Source of the DNA: Paragordius varius
Taxonomy: Eukaryota; Animalia; Nematomorpha
Assembly (NCBI GenBank): GCA_964247055.1
Contig: OZ176050.1
Location: 8,060,001-8,124,000, forward strand
Direction: 5' to 3'
Length of the DNA: 64,000 bases
Shown here: piece by piece, positions 37,988 through 60,513 of the stretch
Numbering within the stretch: position 1 is the stretch's first letter
Layout: each line of letters starts with the position of its first letter
Notes under the pieces: model-generated
What the model was told of the DNA's origin: nothing
Database searches by the model: none
The model's input: only the letters and a program-made list of their open reading frames with translations
Program-made: the position numbers and the translations under genes

Positions 37988-40900
37988 TAAGGTGACCAGA
38001 TTTTTTGAGGGAAAAAGCGGGACAAATCTGGGGGGGTCATTGGGGGTTACAACCAAAAATTTTTATACAAAAAAATTATTGTAATATTTATTTATTTTTA
38101 ACACAAATACATTATAAATATAAAAAGATTTGTACCTTACATGGTGTTTGTAACCTATTCAATAAATTTACATGTGCGCGAACAAAGGATGAAGTGATTG
38201 TAATATTCTAGGAAAAAAGAATAAAGACGAAATCATCACAAAGTGCGCTGGGTGATGCAAGAAGTGGCACAAAAAATATTTTTAACAATTTAGCGAATAA
38301 TCTTAATTAAAACATTATTGGCAGATACACAACGCTATTCAAACAGCTACTGATTTGTTACCCCTGGATGTGGAAAATATAGATGTTAAAATGCTTGGAT
38401 ATTGTAGAACAGTTGGTTAGTTCTTTTGCCAGCGATTGAAATATTTATAAAAATGTGATCTCCTAGAATCCTATTTTTTATCATAGGAAAAATGTCAAAA
38501 TTCCAAGTCAAAAAAGGTTAGAAAATAATTTTATACCATTACCTAATCGCAATATTATAAATCATACAGAAAAACAAGGCTCAATGAATAGCCAGAAAAT
38601 AAAAATGTTTTATACAAACAGAAAAGATTATTTGGAAGACAAGACGGTGCACAATGACACTTTTTTATGAAGTCTCATTATTAAATAAATATATTGAATG
38701 AAAACTTATATTATGGACAACAGAAAAAAATACGTAGGATAGAAATGGTTAAAATAATCATTTCAATAATATTTTAATTGTAGAATTTGCATTATTTTTA
38801 CCAACCACTGCTATTGAACGGTTTTTCCACAGTAAATTAAGTAAGGACACGGAATTAAATTTAAATGTTGAATAAAAGCCATTTTATGTGTTCAAATATA
38901 ATTTGACAAATTATGAAGACTTATACAATATTTTAAGTAATTTTGTTTATTTTTTTACATAAAAACTTTATAAATATAAGAAAATATTTTATTCTTTGGT
39001 ATATTTTTTGTTTGAGTGAATGCGTTTTAGCAGATTGTCATCATTTTTTAAAATATTGTAGAAGTCTTCACAAGAATTTGTCAAATTATATTTGACAGAT
39101 AAAACGGCCTTTAAAGTTTCAACATTTAAATTTGATTTTTCCGATGCCTGATTTACTGTGGAAAAAACGCGCTCAGTAGCAACGTTGGTTCCAGGTAAAG
39201 ATAGTGCGAATTCCACAATTTTTAAAATATTATTGTATGTAATATAGTTGGCTTCAAAATGCTGAAATATTTCCAACCATTTCTTTTCTAATGTTTATTT
39301 TTCTTTTGTCCATAATATAAGTTTTTAATTATTAATATTTCTTTTAACTAATGATATTTCAGAAAAAGGATCATTTTCTCAAAGATTACTTTTTGAGAAT
39401 TTTTGGGAGCAGATATAATCAAATGATTTTTGAATATCGCACCAATTAAATTCTGATTTTAATGTTATCCAATGAAAATGATCAATTTCATTGAATTGCG
39501 TCGTCCAGTCTTCCAAATAATCTTTACAGTTTGTATAAAACATTTTTATATGGTACAGGATATCTTGCCGATTTATTAAGCCTTGTTTTTCTAAATTATT
39601 TATTATATTGCGGATGGTTAATTGTATAAAATTATTTTCTAACCGTTCTTGACATTAGAATTTTAGGTTACTAACTTCATTGGCTACTTCGATTGCCGAA
39701 ATTCTGTCACCTTCTATAAATTTAATAACATTTTGAAAGAGAGAAGCTTGATTATGTAAGAATTCTAACCATATTTTTGAAGAACAATTTTTAAAAAACT
39801 TTTTTAAAGTTGTAGGACATTTGTCCTGTGATAAAAAAAAGATTTTAAAGGATCATACATTTTTAAAATTCTTTCGATAGCTGGCATAAAGCCAACCAAC
39901 GAGTTTTACAATATCCAAGCATTTTTGGATATTGGACTTATGCATTTTCACAGATTTCTTTAAGCGTTTCAACACGTACCGTGTATATATAAAAATAGGA
40001 ATATATTTTAACAACTACATTTTCCACATCTAGGGTAACAAATCAGCAGCTGTTTGAATAGCGTTGTGTATAATATGCGCTGCACACCCAACGCCAATAA
40101 TGTTTTGATTAAGATTATCTGTTAATTTATGAAAAATATTTGTTCCGCTCCTTGCTTTTCCACCAAAGTTCGTATTGGTGTTGTCAGCGCAATATGCGAT
40201 AATTTTGTCTTTTAAATTATTTTTTTCTAGAACATGCATTATTGAAGTAAAAATTATTTCGGAATTTTCACCGGATAGAGAAATTAAATCTAAAATTTTA
40301 ATTTTTACTCCGGCTTCTGAATCAAAATATATTAAAGTGGGAAATAATTTTGTTTCATGGTGATTTGATGCATCAGAGTATAGGGATAAGAAATTAATTT
40401 TCAGCAAATCTTTTTGCATTTCAGAAAATGCATGTGGCGAAAGGACATTGCACACAATGGCTTCAGCCTTTGTACGGGCACATGTAAATTTTTATGAAAT
40501 AACGTGCGAATAACCTGTGAGGTACAGTCCATAGATCTAAAGGAATGATTGTGATAAACGGCGTGAAAAGATAACACACCCTCAGCTAGTGCTAAACTCT
40601 TTTCTTCCTTTCCAAAAGCGGTTTTTCGAAAAAAATCGCTCATTTTGTAAGATGATGCCGCCATATCTAAACATTTTATATTCTGTGTTTCCATATGCTT
40701 TGTAATATCATGCTTGCCGCCATGTGCTAGGGTGAATTCCCCCACGCATATAAGACATTTAACAGATGATTCATTTTTCGTTTTTTTGATAAAAGGAAAA
40801 TCTTTCATTAATTCATCGTTGAATTTACAACCTCTTTTTATGCTCATATTTATAAAATACTATTAGTATAATTAATATTATATTACCTTAATTTTCTGGA

Positions 40901-41245
40901 AAAAACGTGTAAGCTACCGATTTGTGGTATCTTTAATTCTAGAGATTTGTGGTATTAACTTGGCTTTTTGATAATGATGACAGTAGTAGTAGTAGCAGGA
41001 AGCAAAGTTTATAATCATATCATATAAATTTGAAAAAAATAAATATTTTTAATTTAAAAATAAAATTTTTTATTTAAAATTGTATAGAAAGATATTTAAT
41101 GATAATAAATTTAAACGGATAAAAAAAATTTATTTGTATTAAAAAAAAATTTTTTTTATATAATAATCGTGAAAAAGCGGGACATTTTAAAAACGTAGCG
41201 GGACGCGGGACAAAGTGTGAAAAAGCGGGACGTCTGGTCACCTTA
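37988..41245 (-). mobile_element. hAT-superfamily DNA transposon (Blackjack-like ends), non-autonomous/decayed
   Basis: 13-bp TIRs TAAGGTGACCAGA / TCTGGTCACCTTA; 8-bp TSD GGTATACC / AGTATACC (7 of 8 match); subterminal GCGGGAC repeats. Confidence 0.9.
38989..40847 (-). pseudogene. Frameshifted hAT transposase
   Basis: ORF pieces 40847-40401 (BED-like CLIC...HGGKHDITKH), 40455-40030 (SLYSDASNH, YCADNTNTNFG, GCAAHIIHNA) and 39276-38989 (dimerisation motif LSLPGTNVATERVFS), separated by frameshifts and stops. Confidence 0.88.
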
Positions 41246-41731
41246 AGTATACCATAAGGATAATCCTAGTATCGATAAAGATTTTTTACATTTTTCCAGA
41301 AATTCCTAGAAAGATCTAAGGTGGGGATATAAAGAATTTTTGGTCTAACGATAGTCCAGAGAGACTTGTATTTTGTAAAAAAACAATATTTTTATAGGTG
41401 GTAGGTTATCAAGGCTAAATCAAAAAATTATTCCGACCATGATCTCCGAAATTTTAAATAGATTCATACATTTCTCCAAAAATATTTTGCCCTATGTCAC
41501 CTAACGTAGGGCTACGCTTAGTAACCAATTTAAAAATACGACTCTGACCATTAATGGGTTGCATTTTTTAAATAGGGTGGCGCTACTCAAATTAAAAAAA
41601 AAGGTTAAGTTTTGCGCCTTAGTAAACGAAACAAATATCATGTTTTAAATTTGAATTTATGTCCAAATATTTAGCGTTATATTTATATTTTTTTAATAAA
41701 AATGTCCGAAAATTATAATAGAAAAACATAC

Positions 41732-41837
41732 TTGAAAATCCTTCGATTTGATTTTTTTCTTGCTTGACAATAAATACATCCTTTGAAGCTTCATTGATAA
41801 CGGCTGTTTCGCATTGACCTTTATTCATGATTTCTAC
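41732..41837 (-). CDS. Candidate 5' exon of the CH-CH gene (VEIMNKGQCETAVINEASKDVFIVKQEKNQIEGFS)
   Basis: TCCAG| acceptor, |GTATGT donor, open frame with ATG at 41828. Its phase-1 end matches the phase-1 start of the exon at 35111. No homology recognised. Confidence 0.4.
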
Positions 41838-43989
41838 CTGGATATATATAACAATTTATATACTAAAAAACATCTAAATATAATCATTTATTATTTTATT
41901 GCTAACATTAAAATGTCTAGTACAATTAATTAGTAATGAAATAGCGATATGTTATTTAAATTTTGAAATTAAAAAAATGATGTCGTGATCGAAAGGGTTC
42001 GAGTCGAATCACACAACATTTCCATCGTTTCCTTCAGCCCTAGGCTGGCGAGCTTTGAAGCTTCTACTTACTCTAAATACAATTTAGGTCATTATCATGT
42101 AAAAGCATGGAAAATAGAGATATTAACTGAAAATACTGTTTGGACAATTAGGTAAGTAATTAATTGTAAAATAGATTTAAAAATATGAAGCCCAAAAATT
42201 CTTTTAACAAAAATGCGCAATAAAAATTCACATGAATTGTTTTTAAGGCCGATTACACATACAAAGTCATAATCCGTTTCCATGTGAACTCTAGGTGACT
42301 CAATAATAAAGTTTTATGTGTCCTTATAATTTTTATCAAAAATATAAATTATAACTATTGCTGTTATTAAACCTGCAAAAAAATTATTTTTCTAGACAAT
42401 TAAGATGTCAAGATTCCCATTGGTTTTTTTGCTTAATGAGCCTAAAAAGTTATGAAATAAGATATTAGTAATTTCGGGCTTTTTAAAAGAGGCTAAATGT
42501 TTTAAATAAAATTTGTCATTTATATATAGTTGCAAAGTATAAAATATTTGATAATTAATCCTAATATAAACAAATATGGTTACTGATATATCATATGACA
42601 TAATATTTTAGCAGAGTTGGTTTAGCGTTAATTTAGACTTATTTAATATCTGGTTTCTTATATTGGTTAATGGGAGAAGAAAGTAAAAGGTTCCATCCAA
42701 AATTAACAGGAATTTAAATACAGAAACATGCTTTATAAATATAAAATTAACGCAAAGCGTATTTATTGTAAACTTAACCTAATCCACTATTTAAGGCTAT
42801 CTTAAAATAATTTATTGTACATTTTAATTAAAGTAACTTGCGGTTTAACTGCTATGTATGTGAGCAATGTAAAATATGTTAACCTTAAGAAACAAAAATA
42901 AGAAAAAGGAATGACTAACAAGGATATGTTTACAGATATTATTGTTAAAATCAAAGCTTTTACATTATATAAAAAAACTCTACCAATATAGTGTTAAAAT
43001 CATATAGTATAAAAATCAACCCATGACGATTAAGTTATAAGGAAAATTAACCGATTTGCTTTCAATATATTTTTAATATGTAATATTTTAAAAAGATACA
43101 TATGCATACCTCTATGAATTACCCGACTGACGATATTCGTACTATAGATTTATGAATTTAAAAGGCAACAAACAAGAAGCAAATTTAATATGTATTTTTC
43201 GATAGAAATTGCACAATATTATACATTTTTTTAAATAAATGTAATGAGTAATTATGATAATTAGTGGATGAAAAAATATTTAAATTTAATATTTTTTGGT
43301 TCGCATATGTATCATTAAAATATCCAAGAGAATAATATGAATAATTGGTTCTCAAAGACGCTTAACGCAAGAGGTTCAATAACTTTGACAAATTTGATCC
43401 CCGAATTTCAATATTTCATTATTTTTGTGGGTGTAATTTACGATTAATCAAACTATATATTTGTAAACAATTTGTCAAATGAATTGCATGTGGACAGTTA
43501 GAGAAAAGTCAAAATTTAATTAGTGATGACATAAAATTGTTGTCAAATTTGATATCATCGGTTCAAATTTATAGTAATTATTTTTCAAAATATTTACACA
43601 AAAAATATACAATATGTACAACATATATATAATCCTCTTTATATTTGAACATAAATAGTCAAAAGTGTAAGAAGGTATACAAATATTACAACTCATAAAC
43701 AAATTACAGGTAAATAAACGATAAATAATAAAGAAATTTATATTTAGACTTCAAAATATTAATAACTTAAATTAAATATTTAGATGTGTTTATTCCAAAA
43801 TTTTGATTGTTTTAATGATTTGTATGAAACATAAATAAAAAATAAATAAGTATTATTTTGTGGCCTATTTTGAGCGGTTTAAGCTGCTAAAATTTGACTT
43901 AATAGCTTCGTTAAAAAGAGGTTTATTACTTATTTTCTTATTTGCATTCGTTTGTATCGTTTGCTATTTTTATCAACCTTAGATTTAAA

Positions 43990-44027
<38 letters not shown>

Positions 44028-44952
44028 TTTAAAAAATTATTTTGAAATTTTTTTATACACTCACGTAAATTTTGACCTCAAACAAGTGATCCCGGAAACA
44101 CCTTGATTTCTGTATATACATAGCTAAGATTAAATTAACTCAAAATGTGAAAATAAGGTTGGTTATTTTTAAATAAAAGCGCCTGGGATATTTTAAAATT
44201 ATTTTACGTCGTACGTACTCTATCATAAATGCCTTTTCAAACGCTTGTTACATATTCTAGACAAATAACCTTCTGTTATTAAATTTATTTTTTATTTAAT
44301 TTTGTTGAGATGTCTGAATATGTAATATTCGTTGGGTAATAAATTTTTTAATTGATGTTTGTATATATGATAAAAACGCCTTTCCTTATTTATCCTCTTA
44401 GATGATTGTCCATCACAGATTTTAAGAGAGATAAGGCAGTTTAAAAATTTTAATATATATAAAATTTAATATTTTTTATTTCCATATTAAAATTATCATT
44501 TCCAACTATCCTAATTATGCATCCTTCTAATGGCATCTCTAAATAATAATCATTTATTTTTTTAAGCCCAGAAAAGTTATCGCCGTATATTTTCATTTCT
44601 AGTTCAGGTCTCATACATTAATTTTCTCTTTTTTGGATTCCGATGTCCTCAATTATTCTAAGGTCTTGCTTATTAATAAATAATGTTAATCATTGAATAT
44701 GCTTTGAACCTTCCAATAACGTTAATAAAAACTACAAACGTATAACAACACTGTATAAATGTAGAAAACGATCAAACAGTATAAAATTTATTATAAATGG
44801 TCGAAAATGACCATAGAAATACAAATAAATTATAAATAAATAGGAATAAACCGGAAGTGAATAAATATAAAATTACAGTTAAAAATATGAACAGAAATGA
44901 GCGTTTAATTGGATAATAATTTAATTAGCATATAAAAATGGTTTTTATGATT

Positions 44953-44985
<33 letters not shown>

Positions 44986-45034
44986 GTAAAGAAGATATAT
45001 GGGGTGAATATTTTATGCGTTCGACATTTTTTTT

Positions 45035-54036
<9,002 letters not shown>

Positions 54037-54106
54037 ACTGTATTCACATCATACGTTATTATATTTGTTTCACAGACCCATATGATATACCCAATAAAAC
54101 TACTAA

Positions 54107-56764
54107 ATGTTTAGGGAGCTCCTTTCTATTCTTAACGATGCCCATGAAGATTATGGGAAAGTTCCAAAATTTGAAAGTATTCAGGCGTTGTTGGAACAGT
54201 TTTATGAGACTCATCAGAAAACATTTAAATTTGATGAATTAAGATCAATGAATGAACATGACAAGAACAAAATATTCTCATTCATTTTTGAGGTATTAAA
54301 AGAAGAAAAAATGGCTGAATTTGAAATATTACAGGAAGAAAACAAGGAGGAAAAAAATGCCCAAAAGTTCAAACATACAGGATTTTGGGGAATATTTGAT
54401 AAACCGACTAAATCAGAAGCCATTGAAGCAGAAGATGATTCATATCAACATCCAGAATTATTTGCAAATCTTACGGCTTTGAAATTAATTTGTCTCAAAG
54501 TTTTGCGCCTGCTAAGTAGAGATTCCGATATTTATTCAAATAACCAAATACTTAATGAGGAAAATCTCATGATCTTAGTCCGACTGATTAGGACAGACCC
54601 TATCGCATTAGATCGTGTTATCAGGGATGAAAATACTGACCCATCTCCTTGTAAATATAATCAAGCCCAACAAATATTAGCACCAAACACGCAGGTTGAG
54701 ATACCCGATGAAGAAAAACTACAGATATTAGAGGCCCAAAAATGTTTATGTAATTTTGTTTTTCATAATGCAAACGCACGCAATATTGTTGCTTCCAGCT
54801 TAGCTCCACAAATAATTTTAAATCGCAATTCCGAAAGATTTTGGAAGATATCAGAAAACGCTGAATTAGTTTTTTTCGATTTAAGATTACTCTTTTTGCT
54901 TACGGCATTAAGTCCCGAACTAAGATCACGTTTAATGGGTTTTGGCGATGATTCTTTCAAGGATGTAACTATTAATCATTTGGTTTCGATCCTAGTTTTT
55001 TTCTCGAACCAAGTGCTTCAAAACAATACCGATTTGGACAGTGCGAATATTAATGGAGCAAATAGTGATCCCATGTCATTCAGTAATATAAATTTGGATA
55101 TAATAAATGAAACGCTGAAAATTTTATTCAATGTTACAATGGCTTTGAAGAAAAAAATGCACACAAGTCATCAAAATAAAACACAGGAATTATTAGCTAC
55201 CCCAGATCAACCTAAACAGATTTCCACGTTAACGCAAACATGCCGAAAATTAATTGGTGATTTGGCGGCTTCAAATTACCTAACAGGTGATAAACGTTGG
55301 GATTTGGACAGTAATGTCATTAATTTGTTAACAAATGTCCCTTCATCCAATTACATACATTTAATCCCTACTGTTAACAATCCCTCCATAAACGACGAAC
55401 ACATTTTTAAACTAAAATCTCCAAAAACCAATAAAACAACACCTGTTGAAGGATCAGTTCCGAATGGGAAGCATGACTCGATCGATGGAGTTTATGACAT
55501 GACTGTATTGGATGAATTCCTCAAATTTTTGGATTTCAAACTTAAAACACTCTTTTCTGAGAACAAAGAGAATACTCAATCTTCTTCACAAAATTTACCT
55601 ATTAAGACGGATGATAAATATATGAATGTTATAGATTCCGTCGTACCATGCATATTACTTCTCTCAGAAACTGCTAAAACTGTTCGTCCCATTCAATATT
55701 TGAAGCAACGCATCTTACCCAAGCTAACAGAACAAGATGTAAAAGCGTTGCCAGAGCAAGGCCAAAATCTACGAAATAATTTGGTTAAACTTATGACATC
55801 CCCTTACCTACATCTCAAGGAGTTATCGGCCGATCTCCTGTTTACGCTTTGTAAGGAAAATGTCAATAGAATGGTCAAATACACAGGGTATGGTAATGCA
55901 GCGGGTATTTTGGCCAGACTTGGTCTGTTGAGTGGCGGGGGTCAAGGGCCAGGAGCCAACGAATATTCCAGTGATTCATCCTCAGAAAATGATGAAAGTA
56001 TACGATATTTGCGTAAATTTTAACGGTGCATGTTATTTTATAAACTTTCTTTAATAATGTAGCGAATTTTTTTTTACTATTACGTTCGAAAATTTTATTT
56101 GCTCAAATATCGGTAAATTTATATATTTCTTTTTTCTTTTTATTTCTAATTAAATTGCAACGGTAGAATCGTAAATTTGCTCTTGAACAGTACTAACAGA
56201 GTTAACACACGCATTTAGGATTAATGTATTGAAAACAAATGTTATTTTTATGGTACTATAAAAAGTTTATATGAAACAACATATTTACTGTTTATTTCAA
56301 AAAGATTGGTAAGTTATAACTGCTGTTATATTAGACTTGTATTCAAGCCTTAAAACCAATTGGATCTTTTGTAATAACGTTTTATTATATTTTATAAAAT
56401 TGCAATAAACTATTATTTGGTTCTATCGTTAGACAACGGTATAACTCTCTTTTTTACAAATTTACCTTTATATTCCATTGTAAACACAATCAATAAATAT
56501 TCGCGAAATATATCTGATTGATTAGATTACAATGCTTTGAAAAACAACATAAACCCTATCACTGGGAAATGGGAGAGTGATGAGGAATGGAAACGGAAAG
56601 CCAATTTTTTAGCCAATTTGACGGACGAAGAAAAGGAACAGAGAGCCGAAGAAATTGCCAAACTACTTAGGGACCTTAAAAGCACGGGTGTTATACAGCC
56701 CATAGCTATAGGTAAGGATGGTAAACCAATCCCGTTTGATGACATGATTGATCCTATGCATTAA
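54107..56764 (+). CDS. RIC8: Ric-8/synembryn G-alpha chaperone and GEF, 2 exons, ~709 aa
   Basis: Exons 54107-55997 and 56526-56764 (an alternative in-frame donor lies at 56013). Motifs EAQKCLCNFVF, FFDLRLLFLLTAL, LRNNLVKLMT, LLFTLCKENVNRMVKYTGYGNAAGILA, YSSDS, INPITG. Confidence 0.93.
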
Positions 56765-57887
56765 ATCTTTCCGCACTAATTAATTTTTATATTAATACAG
56801 TATGCACATTAATGTTGTTGGTCAATCGGTATTACAGTAGCGTATGATATAAATTTTGTTAAATAAAATTTGATGTTGTAAGATAGAAAAAAATGTAAGT
56901 TTAACCATTTGTTGTTTTTTACCCATACACTACTGTAATACCAATTAGCCAAAAATAATGTAAACCAACCAATGTGCATAGTATATATCACAATCACATT
57001 TTTAAGTTTTATTTTAATTAGAACAGATTTAGGTTGATTTGTTGAGTGAAATTTAATAATATATTTACATACCTTTTTGATAAAGTGATAGTATAAAATA
57101 CTCATTTAAATTCCTTTTGTATTTGTATGGAGGCAACAATAATAACTTTGTACCATATATAAATATTATTGATTTCTCACGTTATTGATTTTCTAGTATA
57201 ATTTTTTAGTACACCGTTTTAAGAATCATGAAATAAAGCAAAATTGAAATTTTACAAAATAATATTATTGTTTCACATCCTATGATAACTTATTACTGTG
57301 CAATATTTTACAATAAATAATTTAATTCATTTGTTATATTTGGAGAGCGTAGTCTTTTTGAGAGAAATTGTCTGGCATTGAAATTTCAATTTTATTTAGT
57401 TCAAATAATATTTTATTAATATTTAACTTTTTTAATATAAAATTTTGATTGCTACTTCAGGATATTGAAAGAAATAATAAATGTGGTTAACATCCTAGAA
57501 ATAAAGTTTTAATCTGAGCCAAATATAATCGCATTTTTGTCGTTGTTGAATAAAATTATAAAAACATAAGAGAAAAACTCGTAAACTAAATTTTATTTGT
57601 TAATAATTAACATTAGGATAATGTTAAACGCAATATTATTGTTAAATTTTTTACAAACGCTCAGAAGGTCCTTTAATGGCTAAAAATCGTTTGGCGTCCA
57701 TTCGAATCTAATAAAATTATTACTACGCGTTAAAAGATTTTAATTTTATTTTAACTATCATATATTTAGATAATTTAAGTAAAAACAGGATCCTGCGAAC
57801 TAAATGGTTAGATGGTAAAACTAGTGCTTTAATTAATATGAAAAGTAATTCTTTATCTTGTTACATACAATCGGGTTGGTTTTAAAC

Positions 57888-58183
57888 CAGGGTATCCAAC
57901 ACGCGGCCCTTCGAGACTTTATGTGGTGCCCGCGAAGAATTTGGAACTCTATAATGTGCAGAAATATGCTTGCAAAATTTTAGTATATATGATCTTTATT
58001 AAACAATTTTTCTTAATACTTTACAATTGGCAAGAACTAAAAAAATTGTTAATTGCGTTTACATTTTACAGTCTTGTGTCTAAAATCTAATTAATTATTA
58101 ATAAATGTCCATATATCTCTGAAATGCGACCCGCCGAATTTTTTAATTTTAAAATGGGGCCCTCGAAGCTATGGACAATCCTG
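57888..58183 (+). mobile_element. hAT-type MITE
   Basis: Imperfect TIRs CAGGGTATCCA / TGGACAATCCTG; 8-bp TSD TTTTAAAC / CTTTAAAC. Confidence 0.7.
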
Positions 58184-59371
58184 CTTTAAACACTAATTTG
58201 TCAGTTACAATTTTCAATGGAATATTTATGCGACTAAAATTTTATGTTGAAACCTTTCTAATTATTATATAATTATAACGTAGAGCCATCTTAAATTATG
58301 GTAAAATTCTACACATGGATGCCATGAGCCTATTCAAATATTGTCCATATGCAAACCCCAACCAGATAAATAGGATTTCGACGTGACAAATTGCTGAATG
58401 AGCAAAGTAAAAGTACAATTTAATGCAGATCAAGATTAATATTTATATAGCTTAACCATGATTACGTTAGCACAACTTAAATGGCATTTGCTCTTGATAT
58501 TAAGCGTTTCAATGACATATATAATTTTTAAAAGGCATTTTTGTTATGACATTTTTGCTTATCTCATGGAATATAGGATTTGGGCTTTAAGACAAATTTG
58601 GGAAGCGCGTGTAGGTTCATTTAATTTCCAAATTGATAATCATTTATAAATGCGCTGAGGTGACCGAACCGTTTTTTTTTAATTGGCCTCTCGATTTCGG
58701 TACAATCCAGTGCAAAATTGAGGTTTATATAAAAATAAGTCCCCAAAATTGTGAGTCAAAAGCACGGTTCCTAAAATCGTGTCTTATTCGATTTTTATAC
58801 TGGATTTTTTTAATTTTTACGAATGTGCTGAAGGTGACTAGGCCGTTATTAAACGAGGCTCTCAGGCCCACCCTGCTGAAAATTGCTCTTTTCGAATTAT
58901 TATTGGCTTTGAGGAGCTTGAAATACAACAGGCCTATTTAAATCTAATAATGAATTTAGTTATTCAAGAATGCGCCGAAGGTGGTTGAGGCATTTTTTAA
59001 TTTGCCTTTCAGTCCAGCCACGTTTGTGTAAAAATATATTATTCCTAAAAAATATTGGCCTTGAAGAATTAACAGAAAAGCTTTAAGCTTATTAGATTTC
59101 AAAAGTGGAAATTTTTTCCGTTTTTAATGTATCCGGGGTTCGCCGTGAGTTTAGCCCCAACCTTATGAAAAATGGGTTTTTTAACAGATATGGGCTTAGA
59201 GGCAATTATTTAGAAAATGTGTAGGGCTATTTAATTTTTATAATGGACTTGTTGGACTTTTTTACAAAGGCGTAGAGATTAACCAATTCATTAGACTCTT
59301 AGCTCAGCCCCTCCCCTCGGAAATATGGGGTTTTAATAAATAATGGATTTAAATTTCAGGAAAACATTTAA

Positions 59372-59829
59372 CCCTATTCAAACTTAATTGTCGCTCCGTG
59401 ACAGATTTTTTTCAAACTAAAATCTTTGAAAAACGATGGGCATAAAAATTGTTAATGGCCAACTTATTTGTCTTGGGAAGATAAAGATTATTGCTCACGG
59501 CTTTTCCGATGTCCAAGGCTCCACTCTCTGTAATATGTGCCTCAAAATAAAAATTTTGTATAAAACACATTTTTAGAGCCTTATTCTCATACTTGTCTTA
59601 CCCTATTAAAACTTAATTGTCGCTCCCTGACAGATTTTTTTCAAACTAAAATCTTTGAAAAACGATGGGCATAAAAATTAGTTAATGGCTAACTTATTTG
59701 TCTTGGGAAGATAAAGATTATTGCTCACGGCTTTTCCGCTGTCCAAGGCTCCACTCTCTGTAATATGTGCCTCAAAATAAAAATTTTGTATAAAACACAT
59801 TTTTAGAGCCTTATTCTCATACTTGTCTT
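59372..59829. repeat. Near-perfect tandem duplication, 2 x 229 bp
   Basis: Units 59372-59600 and 59601-59829 differ at only a handful of positions. Confidence 0.92.
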
Positions 59830-60513
59830 TAATGGATTATATCTTGTCATTTTTATAGCTCTTGGTCCTAGCCTATGTAAAATATCACAAATTTAAATTT
59901 TTGACCTAATTATTTTTATTATCCTAAAATTAAAGCTAATTATTGATTTATCATATCTAACTTTGCTAGTAACAAAAAAATGGTTTACTTTGTGTTATTT
60001 TTAAAGTTAGCTAATGCACACATGTCATGTCGACCAAATTTTTACCTTTGGATATTATTTTAAAATAAGTAATATCAAGTTTTTTTTAATGATTATTTTA
60101 TAGTTCAGTGAATGTTATTTAAGTGCTAACTTGTGCAATGCTATCATATTCCATAAGTTTAGATATATTCTATTATTTTACACATGCCTGCAAAGATCCC
60201 AAATTGAATCGGAGCTGAAATAAATGTGTTGCATCAATTTAAAAAAACTGTTTGATTTCAAATAATTTTTTTTATAAACACAACTTATATTTAAATTTGT
60301 ACACTAATAAAAATTAACGTAATAGAAATATTCGGCATAGCATTTACGAATTATATGGATAAAGTGTTTTTATAGTATCTGAAAGTATTTTTATACCGAC
60401 CGTAAAACTCGGCTCAAAATTTATATATTCTTAACACTGCATTACCTTTTGGGGTAGTTTTATCTCAGAGCCATTTAAAATTTGTTTATCTTAAAAAGTA
60501 ATTAAAGTATAAA

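Noticed and set aside
41985-42060. GGTTCGAGTC B-box-like word suggesting a tRNA or SINE
   Set aside because: No cloverleaf, A-box or second copy found.
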